A stretch of 64,000 bases of DNA from Camelus dromedarius (taxonomy: Eukaryota). The translations under genes and the position numbers were made by a program. Positions within the stretch are counted from its first letter, which is position 1; every line of letters begins with the position of its first letter. Shown in pieces: positions 11,723 to 26,125 of this stretch. The stretch lies in contig NC_087436.1 of the NCBI RefSeq assembly GCF_036321535.1, positions 115,632,001 to 115,696,000 on the forward strand, read 5' to 3'. The notes below the pieces were generated by a model that saw only the letters and a program-made list of their open reading frames with translations, ran no database searches and was not told the origin of the DNA.

Positions 11723-13966
11723 TTTTAAACTTTAGTGTCTCTAGTTGGTAAGTAAACTCAGTATGCTTGGGCAGTTCTGTAAGAATTTGGGCATTTTTCT
11801 TGCATAATTAATCTGTCTCTGAAGAAGCCTGGCTCTCTCCGTCACTAGAGGCATGGATGGATTCTCAGAATTCAGAGCGGTGCTGCCTGAGGAATGCTGC
11901 TTCTTGGTTTGCTGAACCCACCCTCGGAAGTAATAGTTATTCTCTTAGCCTTTGCTCCAAACTGTGCTGGCATCCAGCATCTCTTGCGGTGGTGGCTGTC
12001 TCAGTCAATGCCTCAGTGTTCATGAAGAGCATTGAAAAAAAAAAAATCTGAAAGCAGTTCAAAGTCTTAAATATCTTCCTCAAATAGGTTTTATTCTTTG
12101 TATAGTTAATTAATTTATTCTTTACCTCTTTTTGGTTTCAACTTTTCTGAATTGCCAGCAGTGATCAAGTACTTTTATAATAAGAAAGCACAATTATATT
12201 GGTATATTAGAGTCGTGGGATTGTGAGTGATTCATTTTTATTTACCTTTTCAGTAAAAAAGTTGAAATAAAAGCATGAAAAAGAAAACAGAGTTATAAAA
12301 TCACCTCATCCTACCCTTGCTTGCTTATGTATATCAGAGTGATTTCCATCTCTCTTAGCTAATTAAACCTGATTTTTTTTAAGATAAAAGAAGATACATT
12401 ATTTATGGGACACTGACCCAGTGCCTCCTGAGTTACAACGTCAACCTAACCAATTGCCCACTGTCTGCCTCTGTCCCCACCCCCAAGAGTTCTGCTCCTC
12501 TCCTGACGTCTAGGCATTCAGAACTAATTGTCACTCTTAATCTTCTGCAGTCCTTTCCTGTAAGATCTATAAATACAATCCCGAAGTGCTTTAAAGAGAG
12601 GCAAATCCCAGCAATCTTAGGACATCATTCAGTCGGAAGTAGCAATTAAGACATTTTTAACAAGTTCTTTTCATACAAAATGGAGTAATTAAAACTTGCA
12701 CACTGGAAGGGAGAACACTTTTGAAGTTATGTTCGTTTTATTAAGCTATTGAAAATACTAAAGTTTATTGCAATGCATAGTTCTTCCTTTTCCTTCACTT
12801 AATTGAATTGGTAGCACTAACAATTCAGTGAAGTGAATGTCCAACCCATTGAGAAAGAGATTAAGTTATTTAGGATGTTTATTTTTAATTGTTATTGACC
12901 GCAGACCCATACATTTCCACTAAAATTGGATGGAATTGGAAAATTCCACTCTTTGATCTAAATATTATGGTTCAGACACTAAATTATTCCAGCTATGGCT
13001 TAACCTATGTCAGCTATCCCTTTAGGCTAATAGCTCATTTTTGTTTGGGAGGTCAGCAGCTTCATGCATGGCTTGCTACTGCCATAACCAGGCATTTGGC
13101 TAATACTAGGATTATTCACTGTGACTCAACAGTATTAACTCCAAACTTTATTGAATGCAAAAGCAGAAGAAAGTGCATTTAATTTGATCCAGCCAGTAGC
13201 TGTGTATATAAAGTTACAACAGTAAGATAGCAGGAAAATAGTAAAGTCAACTTGGGTTTTGAGAGGCCAAATACTGTCCCATATGCTGATAAGAGTCCTC
13301 ATCTCCCTGAAGGTTTGGATATATGCAAAAAGCACACATTTGCTAAGTATCTCTTTACCAATGGACTTTATCACAAAGAGACTACTTCTCTTGTCATTAT
13401 TCCTCTACTTTGCTTTTTCTTTTGCTGCCTGATTCTCAGTTTTTTGCCTTGTGTCTTTCTCCTCTCTAGGCTACTATCACTACCCCACTTCCTTGCCCAC
13501 ATTCCTGGGAGCTCCCTCTGTCTCTCCATTGATTTCCTTGAAACTCAAACTCAATTTCTGGCATCCTATCTCCTGTTATTGAGTTGGCCTCGGGAAGAAT
13601 AATTGATTCTTTTAGCCATCAGTCCACAATTTGCATCTACTAGTAAGAGGCAGCTTTATGTACCCACAGTTCTGAGATTTAGTCTTAGTTTCTCCCAACA
13701 TTGCTTCTGGAACAATCTCCTGTAGAGCACAGGACCAGTGGGTCCCACTGCCCCCTTGCCAGCCCCTCATCCCTTAGGCTGTGATAAACTAACCTGGAAA
13801 AAAAAGGCTATTAATACATTAAAACTGGTTATAAAACATAATAAAATAAATACAAAATAAAAGTGATATGATACTATTGTGGTGTAAAATCAGCTGCCAA
13901 ATAAGTGATCCCAAAAGCACATAGAGAGGACGGAAGTAAAAGGGCTGAATGGGAGAGGAATGACAA

Positions 13967-14464
13967 TGTCTAAATTTACTATTGCTTCTGCAGTGAATTA
14001 ACACAAACTTGACAGATTAGATGACAAACATATTATCTTACAATTCTAGGGGTCAGAAAATCAAAATCAATCTCACTAGGCTAAAGTTGAAGTGTCATCC
14101 AAGCTAGTTCCTTTCAGAGACTTTAGAGAAGAATTCAGTCCCTTATTTTCCTATGTTCTAGAGGCCACCTTGTTCTTCAGCCTGCAGTGTCTTCCTCCAT
14201 CTTCAAAGCCATGAGTGTAGTACCTTCAAATCTCTCTCTGATTCACTGACTCTTGCTGTATTGTCACATCTCCTCTGACCTCTCCATCTCCCTCTTATTA
14301 GTAACCTTGTGACTACACTGAACCCACATGGCTAATCTCCACATCTCAAGATCCTTAATTCAATCACACCGACAAAGGCATTTTTGCCGTGTAAAGTGAG
14401 ATATTCACACAATCTAGGGGTTAGAATGAGGATCTTTCTAGGGTTTATGATTTAGTTGACCACA
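13967..14464 (-). mobile_element. MLT1D/E-like MaLR solo LTR
   Basis: ttatcttacaattctaggggtcagaa, tctagaggccacc, cctccatcttcaaagcc, atctcaagatccttaattcaatcaca; TG...CA ends. Confidence 0.85.
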
Positions 14465-15169
14465 AACGGGATCTCATGAACTAAGACCAAGGACCAGTAT
14501 AAGAAATATTCAACTAGGGAAGGTAATTTAAGTGGGCCTATTTAGGCATGTGGCTAACCAAAACTATGATCATGGAAACCTAGTCAATACTCTGGGAGTT
14601 TTAAGTAGAGAAAATAGGAGAGTTTGACATGGGGAAAAATGCATATTGTCTATGGGACCATCTGAGATTCCGTCTCAAAGACACCTGTTGCTGGAACATT
14701 CCCTGATGCCCACACATTCCTGTCTGAGCATGACTACTTGTTAACCTTCTGGTCAAGGTCATATTTGTTCCACAGTTTGAGCTGGACGTATATGGGCACA
14801 TATCTTCTATGTTCATGATCCTTTAACTCATAACCAGAGTATCCACGTGCCAAGGGATGAAGAGACAATATTGCTGGCATAACTTTCAAGGTCTCACCAG
14901 AGCTTGCCCTGTACTTTGATTCTAGAGCTCACAGGTGAGGAGGAAGAAACAGTCCATGGAGTCAAATGTCATATCTTTACAAGGTATACAAGTAGCAGTC
15001 CTCACTATTTCGATGGAAAGCAATAAACTGAATTTATTCTTGAATATTAATTTATTCTATAGCAGGATGAACTGTCAATTAGCCATGTCCTATGACCCCA
15101 ATAAAGTAGTTAAAACAAAGTCACTGGAAGCCCTCAATTCTTGGCCTTTATCTTAAGATTCATTATTGC

Positions 15170-15480
15170 GTGACTTCCCGTTACAATTATAATAAAACCT
15201 AAAGACTTTCTAGGTCCTTTGAAGCCCTCTGTGGGCTGGCCTTTGCCTACATCTTTCGCTTGGCTTTAAGTCATGCTCCCCTTCCTTGCTATGTTTACCA
15301 TATTGGCCTTCTTTCTATTTCTCATATGTCCCAAGCACATGCCTTTCTCAGAACCTGGGTCCTCACTCCTCCCCCTGTCTGTAGTCTTTTGCCACAGATT
15401 TTTTCTAAGAATGAATCCTTCTCATCATTGAGGTCTTAGCTCAAATTTCAGCTCCCTAGAGAGTCTTTCTCTGACCACAA
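15170..15480 (+). mobile_element. L2 fragment
   Basis: tggcctttgcctacatc, tggccttctttctatttctc, tccttctcatcattgaggtcttagctcaaat. Confidence 0.65.
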
Positions 15481-17734
15481 TGGATTGTTTTCCACACTTC
15501 ACCCTCAGCTTCTTCATCCTTTGTGAGTCTCTAGCTTATTATCCTATCTTATTTTCCTTGAGAGAACTGGAGCCTGTTTCAGTGAGATCCTGGAGACCCA
15601 GGAAGGAGGAGGAGGCAGTCGCTGTCTCCCATGAGTGGGGTACCTGCAACCAGAAGCCTTTATAGGAAGTACCATTAGACTGAGGGTGCACAAGGTCAAA
15701 GCTAGGGTGCCCAGCCTAAGACTTATTTGTATACAAAGTGGGTCAGAGACTGAAAAAGAGCCCAAACCAAAGGGAATTAGAGATTTAAAAAAAATCCTAA
15801 AAGGATGGCTAAAACTAAAAAGAAGAAGAGAGCTGGAGTATTCCCCAAGTCCAAATGGAGAAGGTTAAAGTGCTTTTCTTTTTCTTTCTTTCTTTCTAAT
15901 TAAACACATTTCTCAAGATAATTGTTTTGGTTATACAAAAACTATTTTTAATAGTGACAGCAGAGTGACTGCTATGAGTAAGGCATTATCAGTCACATAG
16001 GGTATAAATATTCACAAAATAGTGGCTTTCCCTATCTGTTAACATTCCTGGTTAAACCCAGTTAACCCTCTGAAGGAAGCACATCCGTAAGAAGTAAAGG
16101 GCATACACAGGACTATATATTTTTAACACCAGGTATTGTTTTTCAAATAAAAACAGGTGTTCAGCATTCTACTAGGTTTAAAAGAGTGATTTAATAAATG
16201 ATACAGTGATAGTAAATATGCTAGTGAATGATGACTAGGTGGTAGTGTAATTATTACTTTAGAATTATCACTACATGAATCATTGAGCACATGGTCAGAA
16301 GGACCCTCAGTGAGCATCAAGTCCACCCTCCCCGTTTTGCAGACGAGAGAAGCAATGGATGGAATAACTCCCTCAAAGCCCCACAGACAGGCCGTGGAAA
16401 TTCCAGGGTGAAGGCCAACGCCCAGTGCCCTTTTGGTGTAACCACACCACCTACTTTGCTGGAGCAATTATTGCTGGAAGATTTACCCTGTCATAGTCCA
16501 GATGCTTAATGCGTAAAAAATGTCATCCTGAGACTAATGCTTTCGCATCAACAGTCAGTGTGATTACTCTTTCTTAACAAAGCAGATCTGTTAAGGATCA
16601 AGCATATGGAGTCAGAACAGAACCTTTGTCATATGCAATTCCTTTTCATTCATGAAGTCAACATTCACGTTCTTTCCAAGGTGCCCCTGCCCCAGGAGAA
16701 TATGTTAACATTAAGATAAATAAGAAGATTATTGCTATCTAATGAACTGGGACTAAAATCTGCCAGGTCACAGTCACTGGAAAATACTTTCATTAGTCGC
16801 TTAAATAACAGAGTATCCAGCCAGGGAAGGAGGAGTCTCTGATCTGACGGTCAAACCTATTTTAGGAAATATGCCCACCTTGTTTTGCTTTTCAGGCCTT
16901 GTAGCTACGTGATTTCCACATTGCCCAGAGACTCAAAGAAGCAATTCAGTCTTCAGGAAGTTGTAGATCAAAGATGGTGGAACAGACAGTTGGTTACTCC
17001 AACCATAAATGGCATTGCTTCCTTATGCGTACAGTGAAATGATTACTATTTCACAAGGTTTTTGAGGAAATTAAATAAGATAATATGCATACAACTCCTG
17101 TGCATAGCAGCTCTCCAATAAATTTTAGCGCACTGCAGTAGCAAGGTAACCATAGATTGAAGATCTAATCCGTATAGGTGCTTTTTCCCCGCTTTTTACC
17201 GATCTACACAACAAAGACTAAGGAGCTTCTACTATGTTCAAACATTTCAGTTCTAATTAACTTTTAGTAACAACCAAATCCTGAAATTTCTTCCAATTGC
17301 CTTTGGAAGAAAGGGTAACTTTTTTTTAGGGAGATATTAATGGTTCTTCAAGAGCTAACCCTTGCCTTAATCATTTAGACTCTTAAAGATGTTCACACCC
17401 TACAAACTTAAAAGACACTGATTAGTTCCAGTTGTCACTTACCACCCATCCCTCTCTTCACTGGCAAATCAATCTAATTGGAAACTGAAGCCTGTTTCAT
17501 AGATTGGGTGCCACACATTGGAAGGCAGGTAAATAAAGACTATTCATTGGTCAATTGGATATTTAGTGGATTGTACACAATGAAGCAAAAAAAAAAAAAA
17601 AAAAGCCCTCAGTTTCTCAAAATGGAAAAGCCAGAGATATTTTAAATAATGTGTAAATTCTCCGTATCACACTAGTCAAAAGCATGCTCTCCATAATGAG
17701 ACCTCCTGTCTGTGTAAATATCTATTTCAAGAGT

Positions 17735-17895
17735 GGCCTTGGTCAAGGACATGAATCCTTCCAAGCCTCAGTTATTTCACCTATCAGTTACGGAGAAAAA
17801 TAGTACCTGTATGAGACTGCTGATGGCCAATGCCACATATTTAAGCACTCACTAGAGTGTCTGATATACCATAAATACTAAATAAATATTAACTA
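17735..17895 (+). mobile_element. MIR SINE
   Basis: gtggccttggtcaag...aagcctcagttatttcacctatc...agcactcactagagtgtctgatataccataaatactaaataaat. Confidence 0.65.
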
Positions 17896-20800
17896 TACCT
17901 AAAATTATTATTATATTTTACATATAGTAACACATTGAGGGCACTTAAGATTCCATTCAACTCACTTGTTAACTTTGGTCCCCAGTAGGAGCTACCCAGA
18001 GCACAACATAGAACTTTTATGACTTTTTTCATTTGGAGCAAAAGAAGGAAGTGAGCAATTAGCAAATATGATAGGGAAACACCTACAGATGAGTGACAAG
18101 GTCATATTTGGTCCTTTTTATTGGGGGAGTTCCCAAATCAGTATTAGAGGATGCTCCAGGCACCTTGCTTTTGTGATACGGTTTAACAGCGAGGAGGATA
18201 CCTGGGTCACCTTCATACTGGTAAGAGGATAGAAGTGCAAGGAGGTTCTCTCTTTCCTTTTCCAAGTAACTGGAATATGGTGGAGCCAAGTTATAAAGGC
18301 AGGTCTGTGTTACTTTTAATACCACCAAAATTCCTCTTCATGCAAGAAAGGGTGGCAAGAGTCGTTAAGAAAAGGTGTATAAAAGCCTAGCAGGGGAAGC
18401 AATTATTTCCAGATGGAGTAGTTAATTTCATGAAAGACCTAGCATTTGACTGAGTCCTTACATTAAGGACAGAATTTGGCTATTTGATAAGTGGGGCAAT
18501 ATTTTTATCAGACAAATAGAATAAGAAAAACTCCTGAGAGTCTAAAGCACCAAGTATGTCCTGAATCATTTAATTGGCATCTGGATACATAGGTTGAAAT
18601 AACTGGAAAAAGATGTTGAAGGCAGATCACGATAGGACATATGTTGAATAAAATGATAGTCATAATAATCATAACAATAACAACAAAAATAATCAATGGT
18701 CCCTAAGTGCACTGATATGTGGTACACTGAGTTAGGTATTTCAGATAATTCAATATTTATAGTCATTTGTACCTTTGCATATTTAGAGCAGCAATTCTGT
18801 GAAATGGATTAAGAAATGTTTATCCTAATTTTACAGATGTATAAATTGAGGGTATATTTTAGGCGTTTTATTAAAGCTCTTATGGATTGAGTGTCTGCCT
18901 TTCTATAGCCTTTAGTTATTTCTGTCCAATAAACCAGGCAGGTCATCTAAAGTGAAACCACCTCTTCTACATGCCAGGCAAAGTGGAGCCCAGTTCTAGC
19001 AGTCTAATTGCATTTATCCTCAATAATAACATGACCTTGTACCAAATAAGTTACAATTCAATCTATTAAATAGGACATTTTATTTTCATTAAGTTAAAGT
19101 CAAGTTGTATCTTTCTGGGGATATACTTTGCCTGCCTTGATTGAAAATAATCTTCTTATTTTGATTTATTAAACCCTTTCATTCAAGTTAGTATATATTT
19201 TATTGATTATTATATTTACTTCTCTTGGCTAGTCTTATATATCATAGGTTGAGTTTGATTTCTTAAGGTGACTTTTTTCTCCCATGATCTAATGTACATT
19301 TCTGAGAGCAGCTAAGCCTGTTGCCTGCGTTGTTAAAATAGCCTATGTCATTTTTACAGAAGAACTCTGTAGAAAACTGATCCTGTAATGTGTTTCATGT
19401 CTGTGAAATATTTTAACTCTTCATGTATGTTAGTGTTTTATGAATTTGTACAAATAAAGATATTTAAGCTGTTTATAGTGCCTTACACCATACAGTGCTT
19501 TCCCATTTATAGAGAGCTTTCACATGTATTTTCACACTCACCTCAGAACTACTCTAGGTAGTAGAAAAATGATTATTTGCTACACTATAGATGGATAAAC
19601 TGAGGAATAAAGAATTTCATATTATTCAATATACGTCATACGTAATTTTGATTTGGGGCTATTTAGTCTAATGACCTCTGCTATTGGTATATGGATTAGA
19701 AGTTAAGATGCTAAACTAATGATCTTATTCTTCTTTCCTTTTTCATTACTTTTGCTTTTTTAATGACTTTATTTTTTTCATAACTTCCTAAAGCATAGAT
19801 ATTTTATGTCACTCCAGTGCATTTCCGCTGACTACAGAATCCACCTTTGATGTATTAATGTCACATACAGCACCCTCCACAACTGGATCCCAACAAGAAA
19901 TTTTGATTTCAATATGGCTGCTCCTCATTCACACTAGCTTTAATTAGTAAGCAAATATTGGTGGGCCTTTTATATAATGTATTATTTTTGTTTGTTTTGC
20001 TCTGTGCGGTTAGAATATGAAAATTACTCACACAGGAATTCTCCCTTCTCTACAGGGAGAGATAGACTTGGTTATAAACAGCTGTAATACAGGATAGAAA
20101 CTGGATGGCATTCTGTGATGAGCGGACAGAAGTTAGAGAAAAGTAAGCCCAGCTGAAGGAAGGATACATAAGCAGGTTATTTGTTGTGCTCTGTGCATCT
20201 CTGCGTTCCTTGGGAGGTGTCTCAGGGCATGAGTGAAGGGTACAGAGGAGGCGGGGGAGATACTTGAGGGACAAGAGTCTGATCCTGTCTTCTCTGCTGG
20301 AAGCAATCCATCTCTTCCACTTGTTCTGGCCCTAAGTGTCAACACTATTTCATTTGAAAAATGAAAGCCAATGTTTGCACAATGGAAAAAAAATCAAAAG
20401 AATATCACTAGGCAAACAGGGACATTTTCAGGGGGAGTTTATACATGAGGGGGCCTCCCTGACTTACAGGTAGAAACTGGATAAGTAAAGAGGACAGGAA
20501 ATGTTAACTTTGTTAAATGATTCACCTTTTATTTACCACACATTCGACCTTATGCACGAAAGTGCTTTTGATGTTGTTGTCTGCTTTCATGTATTTGTTT
20601 TGTTTTTCCTTTGTCCTGTATATCCATAGTCAAAAACATATTTGTTCAGCATGTTGGTAAGACTTGCTTAGGAAGGCAGGCTGCCAATACAAGCAAACCT
20701 TTAAAAAATTATTTTGGGGTATTAATTTTAGTTGTTTATTTATGTGGTTATTGAGTTAGAGGTGCATGAGAATTTGTCATTAAACCAAACAACTGCTTTG

Positions 20801-20984
20801 AAATCAGAGTGAGTTGGCAATTTGAATTTCATTTGGCTATTTTTCAAGTAACTTGCTTTACCTAAATTCACTTGAATCTAAATTTTAAGTATCTCTGGTA
20901 ACTCACTGAAATAATCAGGATAGCAAGTCATTTGTTTCAAGATTGCATCCATCCTACAGTATTTGGGAACCAAATTATAATCTT

Positions 20985-21097
20985 AAGTATATATATTTGT
21001 GTATGTATATATACAAATATATGTGTGTGTATATGTATATATAAAGATACACGTACATATGTTACAGATATGTATGTGTATATATATATGTATATAA
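20985..21097. repeat. (TA/TG)n low-complexity microsatellite
   Basis: gtatatatatttgtgtatgtatatatac...tatgtatgtgtatatatatatgtatata. Confidence 0.85.
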
Positions 21098-24000
21098 ACA
21101 TTTTAAAGTAAAAAAATTCATTTGCTAAATCATGAGAGATTCTGTGTTAGATTTGAGGAAGAACACAGTATATCATATACTAAAATAAAAGTGGGTAGAC
21201 TTGAATGTCCAAGATCCTCTAAGAGCTAAGGTCTTTAAATAACTTCAAAAAATCTTCTACTGTTTTCCAGGCTGCAATTTACCCAAAAAGACTTTATTTT
21301 TTTTTTTTTTTATCATTGAGGGGTATATTTGAGGAAAATAATAGACCCACTTCACTCCTTGACTTGGGAAATAACCCCTTGTCCTCAGGAACATTTTTGT
21401 TCAGAGCTTTATCAAGTTTCATTTATAATCCAAATAACCTGTCAAATATTTGTCCTAGGAAAGACAAAGTTTTCCTTTTATGAAGAGTTTAGAGATTGCA
21501 TGTTTCAAGGAAATATTATTATCTTTGAAGAAGATAGAATATTCTTTTCCCTGAAGATGTATGTACAAGTGAAGATTAAGAACTATTGATAGTCAGCTGT
21601 CTAGGAAAATTACACTTATTAGGCATTTTGATGCTAAACTGATTTCGTAAATCTCCGTCTTTATTAGAAGTCAAATGATGCTGGGAGACATGGCCTTTAG
21701 AGTAACTGTTACTCAAATGATACCACTTTTTGTGCTCTTTAAGAGTTCAGAGAAGATATCAAATATTCCTCATGTGTGTTTTTATTCATTAATTTATTAA
21801 AACACTGTATGTGACAGGCATTATGTTAGGTCTAGTGTAGGTACCACGTGTATGATAGGGTCATTGTCCTCAGGCGTTTACCAGCATCTAAGGAGGGAGG
21901 CAGATACGTAGGACAGCAAATACATAATTTCAGCTCCATTCATTTCAGTGTATCTCCTGTTCTTTGAACATTTAGAACATGCTAAGCAACATGCTAGGAA
22001 CTTGGAATACAATAAAGAATTAAGATATTTTTCTGCTTCTTGTGGAAGTTAGTTTCTTGGGGCACAGAGATATAAACATATTTTAGAATCAGTGTGTTAG
22101 AAATTGAGAAGAAGTTCATTCTGAGCAGTAGGAACAGAATCAACAAAATATATGGCATAAAAAAGTAAAGGTTTACAGTGGACAATAAAATAACTTGACT
22201 CTCATGGTGTGGACAATGGACTCGCTCAAGGATGCTATTTACCGCATGAAGGATCCTTCAGCAGAGAATCATACCATAGTTTAAAAGTAAACTGCTTCCT
22301 ACAGCATGAGGTTAGAAGATCTCATAGGCAAGCTCTTCCTTTAAGAGGGTACAACTCTGGATTTTGGAGTGAAGAGTATATGATAGGGTGAGGTTCCTGC
22401 TGCTTCTCTCTGAGTTTGAGACAGGAGAACTGGCGACAGGATAGTAAAAGGGAAGACAGTCAGATGCTAGTTAGGTGAATTGGCTATAATGCGTGACTGT
22501 AGTGGAAAGATAAATAAAGGGGACCCTAAAGACACAGACAGCAGGGATTCTGCTGAACAACCTGGCCTCGCACATAAGCACCTAGAGAATCTTAGGGGTG
22601 TTATTCCAAGATGGTGACATGACACTCTCTGGACTCTATTCTCAAGGTTAGAGTATTTGGCTATTCCCATACCCTTACTAAGTCATAGATTGCAAACATC
22701 GGGTAATTGTTGGCTTAAAGCTTATTGATTTCAAGTAAAGAGGGAGATGATGCTGTCCTCAGTGTGAACAACTGGGGTGTAAGTTACCCACCAAGGGCAC
22801 TGTGACTTACAGGAGAGCTGGGGCACAGTTTTTCTTATAAAGTGAATCATCGCTCACTCTCTGTCAGGTTATTTGACTGTCTATTCAAATCAAATACAAA
22901 GTAAGCCCAAATAGTTCATTTCTGCTGTGTGAGTTACTTTTCATCCCAGAACCAATACTTTACTCTGCTGTATAACACAAATTTGTTTACTGATGTATTT
23001 GTGGAAGAAAGAAAGGATGGAGGTAGGGAGGGTGGGGGTACAGAGAATGAGAAGGTTGGAAGGAAGAAGTAAGTTTTCATAACAAAACCTTACACCTGCC
23101 ACCTCATTGATCATATAATTATATTTTTTAATTAATTAACTCATTATTGATTGCAATTAACACCTAAATGTGACAGATATAAAGTGTATTATAACCTACC
23201 AAGCATGCATTTTGAAATCCCTACTGCACAATGCAAGCTTAATAGAGCCAGTTAATTAAAAGTGAACCTGGAGGAAGGGGATAAGTTTGATCTGCTAGGC
23301 TTCCTTGCAAACAAGTAGTGAGCTGGCATGGTTTATGCAGGTCCAACAGCTAGGTAAGAGAAGAATCAAGACTCGGACCAAGTGTTCGCATTTCGGATTC
23401 AATGTTCCTTACTAGTGGAAAGAGAATCTGCTTATTGCAAAGACAGTATGAACTCGGAATGGGTTAAAATTTAGAAGAAGCCTCAGGGTTACCCACATAC
23501 TGTCAAACACATCACTCTAAGAAGCAGCAGTGAGGAGTCTGGTCATATTTCAGTGCATCAGTGAGAGACCTGTAAATGCGCAGGCATGTGGATACATAGC
23601 CCTATTACACTAGGGGACGCTAAGGGAATAAGGCTCTCGCCTCTGATTGTTTTCTGTTGGCTGTTCATCTTCCCACAGGTCGTGAGCTTTAAGCCAGATT
23701 TCTGGATTGCAGGGAGCATGTGTAATGGAGTCCACTAATGATTCACATCTCTCCAATGTGTCAAGGCTCAGGGGTTTGTATGGAGTGGAGGATGGATTAT
23801 ATTTGCAGTTAGTATACAGGGCACTGTCCACAGAAACCACACTATAAATAAGGTTCCACTCATATTTATGGTCATCCAAGTACTGGGCCATGTATTAGGT
23901 ATTTTCATGAATGCCCTCTCTTTTAGTTATCAGAACGACCTCTGAAGCAGACGTTATTATTCTCACTGAAGAAGACGGGAAAACTGACGTTTAAATGCTA

Positions 24001-25521
24001 AGCACTAAAAACTGACCCAAGGGATACACATACCGTAGAACCAGAAATCATGCCCAGGTGCCTTGACTCCAAATCCTACATCTACTTAAAGAATAACAAC
24101 AACAACAAACATCCTATATTGGAAACAAGGAAAAGATTAATATTTGTATGATAAGGCTACAATTCTGTTTTTACTAAAGGACAAAACCATACATTGTACT
24201 TGAGAATTCTTCTGTGGACAGACAAGAGGAAGGAGGGGAGAGTCACTATGAAGGGGAGTGAACAAGGGAGAAGATATGGGACTGAAAACCATTGAGGGTA
24301 ACAGAAGTGAAACATTTTGTAGAACTTTGCATTCTACCAAAAATAGTGTGTGTTGATTTATTAACAATTCCAAATACCTGTGGCCAGATATTTAAAGCTG
24401 GCTGAGTGACAATATAAAATTGAACAGAAGCAGGCACGAGACTGGTGGTTTCAGGGGAAAGAGCACCCAAATAAGAAAGACAGGAAAATGAAGTCTCCTT
24501 CCATCACCGCCAAGAAGGAGAAAGTCAGCAAACACAAGCCTCTGGGTCACCCGCAATTCGTCCTGCACAGAGCAAGCAATTTGTTCTGTGCTTTTCCTTT
24601 TCCTTACACAAATGCCCTGAGGGAGAAATTATGAGCCCATGTTTCAGGTGCAGAAAACAAGGCTCAAATTAATTTGAAAATGCAGCCAAGAACACTTACT
24701 TGACTGATTCCAAAATTCAAGTTCTTTCTGCACCCCATTGATTTCACCTATGCAGGGCACAGTACACATCACTCACATCATAATAAATGTAGCCTTGCAT
24801 CTGTATAATATTATATGATGTTTTAAAACTCTGTATGTTTTCTTGCAGCCTTGCCCTTAAGTCTGGCATGATCAAGACAACCGCAATTTAGGAAGGATAT
24901 TAAACTCAAATTTTTAATCACCAAAATTTTATTCCTAATTCTAACACTTACACGGTAGTTCATTTATTCGAAACTAATTTATTATGCACTTGCTATGTCC
25001 TAGAAACACTTCTAGAATAGGAATTACCACCTTCACAGATCCTCCCCTCAAGGAATTAATATACTGGGAAAGAAAGACAAGTAAAAATATCTATTGTAAT
25101 GCAGGAGATGAGAGTTTCTAAAGGGGTGACTCAGCGATGCCAGAGGAGCAGAAAATGGGGAAGCTGAGTCCCAAAGTGGGTGGTCAGTCAAAGATTTCTG
25201 AACATAAATAGATTCAAGCTAAGACCTGAAGAGTGAATAGTGGTTAAGTGGGTTAAAATTAGAACATGGAAAATAATAGGGGTTGAGATGGCTTTGAAGA
25301 TGAAGAAATATGAGGAAGTGGTTGCTGAAGGAAGTAAAGGAAGGATTTCCAAGAACCCTGGAATTCATATCAAGAAGTTTACATTCTGTTATGAGGACAG
25401 TGGGAAGCCCTTGAAGGATGATGAGGAGTACTGTGGTTAAGACTAGATTTTCAGTTGTAAAAGAGCACATTGATTCCAATATACTGAAGGGGTGAGGAGT
25501 CAGCACCAGTGCATGGCAAGG

Positions 25522-26125
25522 GTATCCGTTAGCTTTGCTGCATGACAAATCACCCCACACTTGGCGGCTTATGACAACAACAATACATTCTCTTTAATGT
25601 AGCTTCAGGTCAGTTGAAGGTCAGCTGATCTAGGCTGTGCTCAGCAGGAGGTAACTTGCTCCCTGTATCTCTCATTCTTTTTAGACCAGTGGGCAAAACT
25701 GAGCATGTGAATCTTACAGAGATAGCAAAGATGCTACAGAGGAAACAAATTTGTGAGATTTCTCAAGGCTCTACCATTCAATATGGTAGCCCCTTATTAT
25801 ATGTGGCCATTTCAATTTGTTTTAATTAATTAAAATTAAATAAAAAATTTAAAAGTTATTTATTTTGTAATAGACGCATTCCAAGTGCCCAAATACTGCA
25901 TGTCACTAATACGGTATTCAACAGCACAGGTAATGGTAATGAATGTTTCCATCATCACAGAAGGTTGTATTGGACAGTGTTCTCTTAAGGCTATTTTCTC
26001 CCATACCTCATTAGCCAAAGTTCTATGGACAAACACAATGTCAAGGGAAAAAGAATACACTCAGCTCACCAAGAGGTCAAGGCCAAGGTATGCATACAGT
26101 GAGAGGTGTAGAATAGGGACTGTAT
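25522..26125 (-). mobile_element. MLT1H/I-like LTR split by MER3
   Basis: ttagctttgctgcatgacaaatcaccccacacttggcggcttatgacaacaa and cagctgatctaggctgtgctcagc; continues cattagccaaag after 25990. Confidence 0.7.
25769..25982 (-). mobile_element. MER3 (hAT-Charlie) DNA transposon
   Basis: caatatggtagcc...tgtggccattt...aattaaaattaaataaa...tttccatcatcacagaaggttgtattggacagtg; flanked by tctcaagg / tcttaagg (8-bp TSD, 1 mismatch). Confidence 0.85.

Noticed and set aside
23641..23810. Strong-looking 3' splice site (ttcatcttcccacag|g)
   Set aside because: No convincing donor found downstream and no recognisable coding frame
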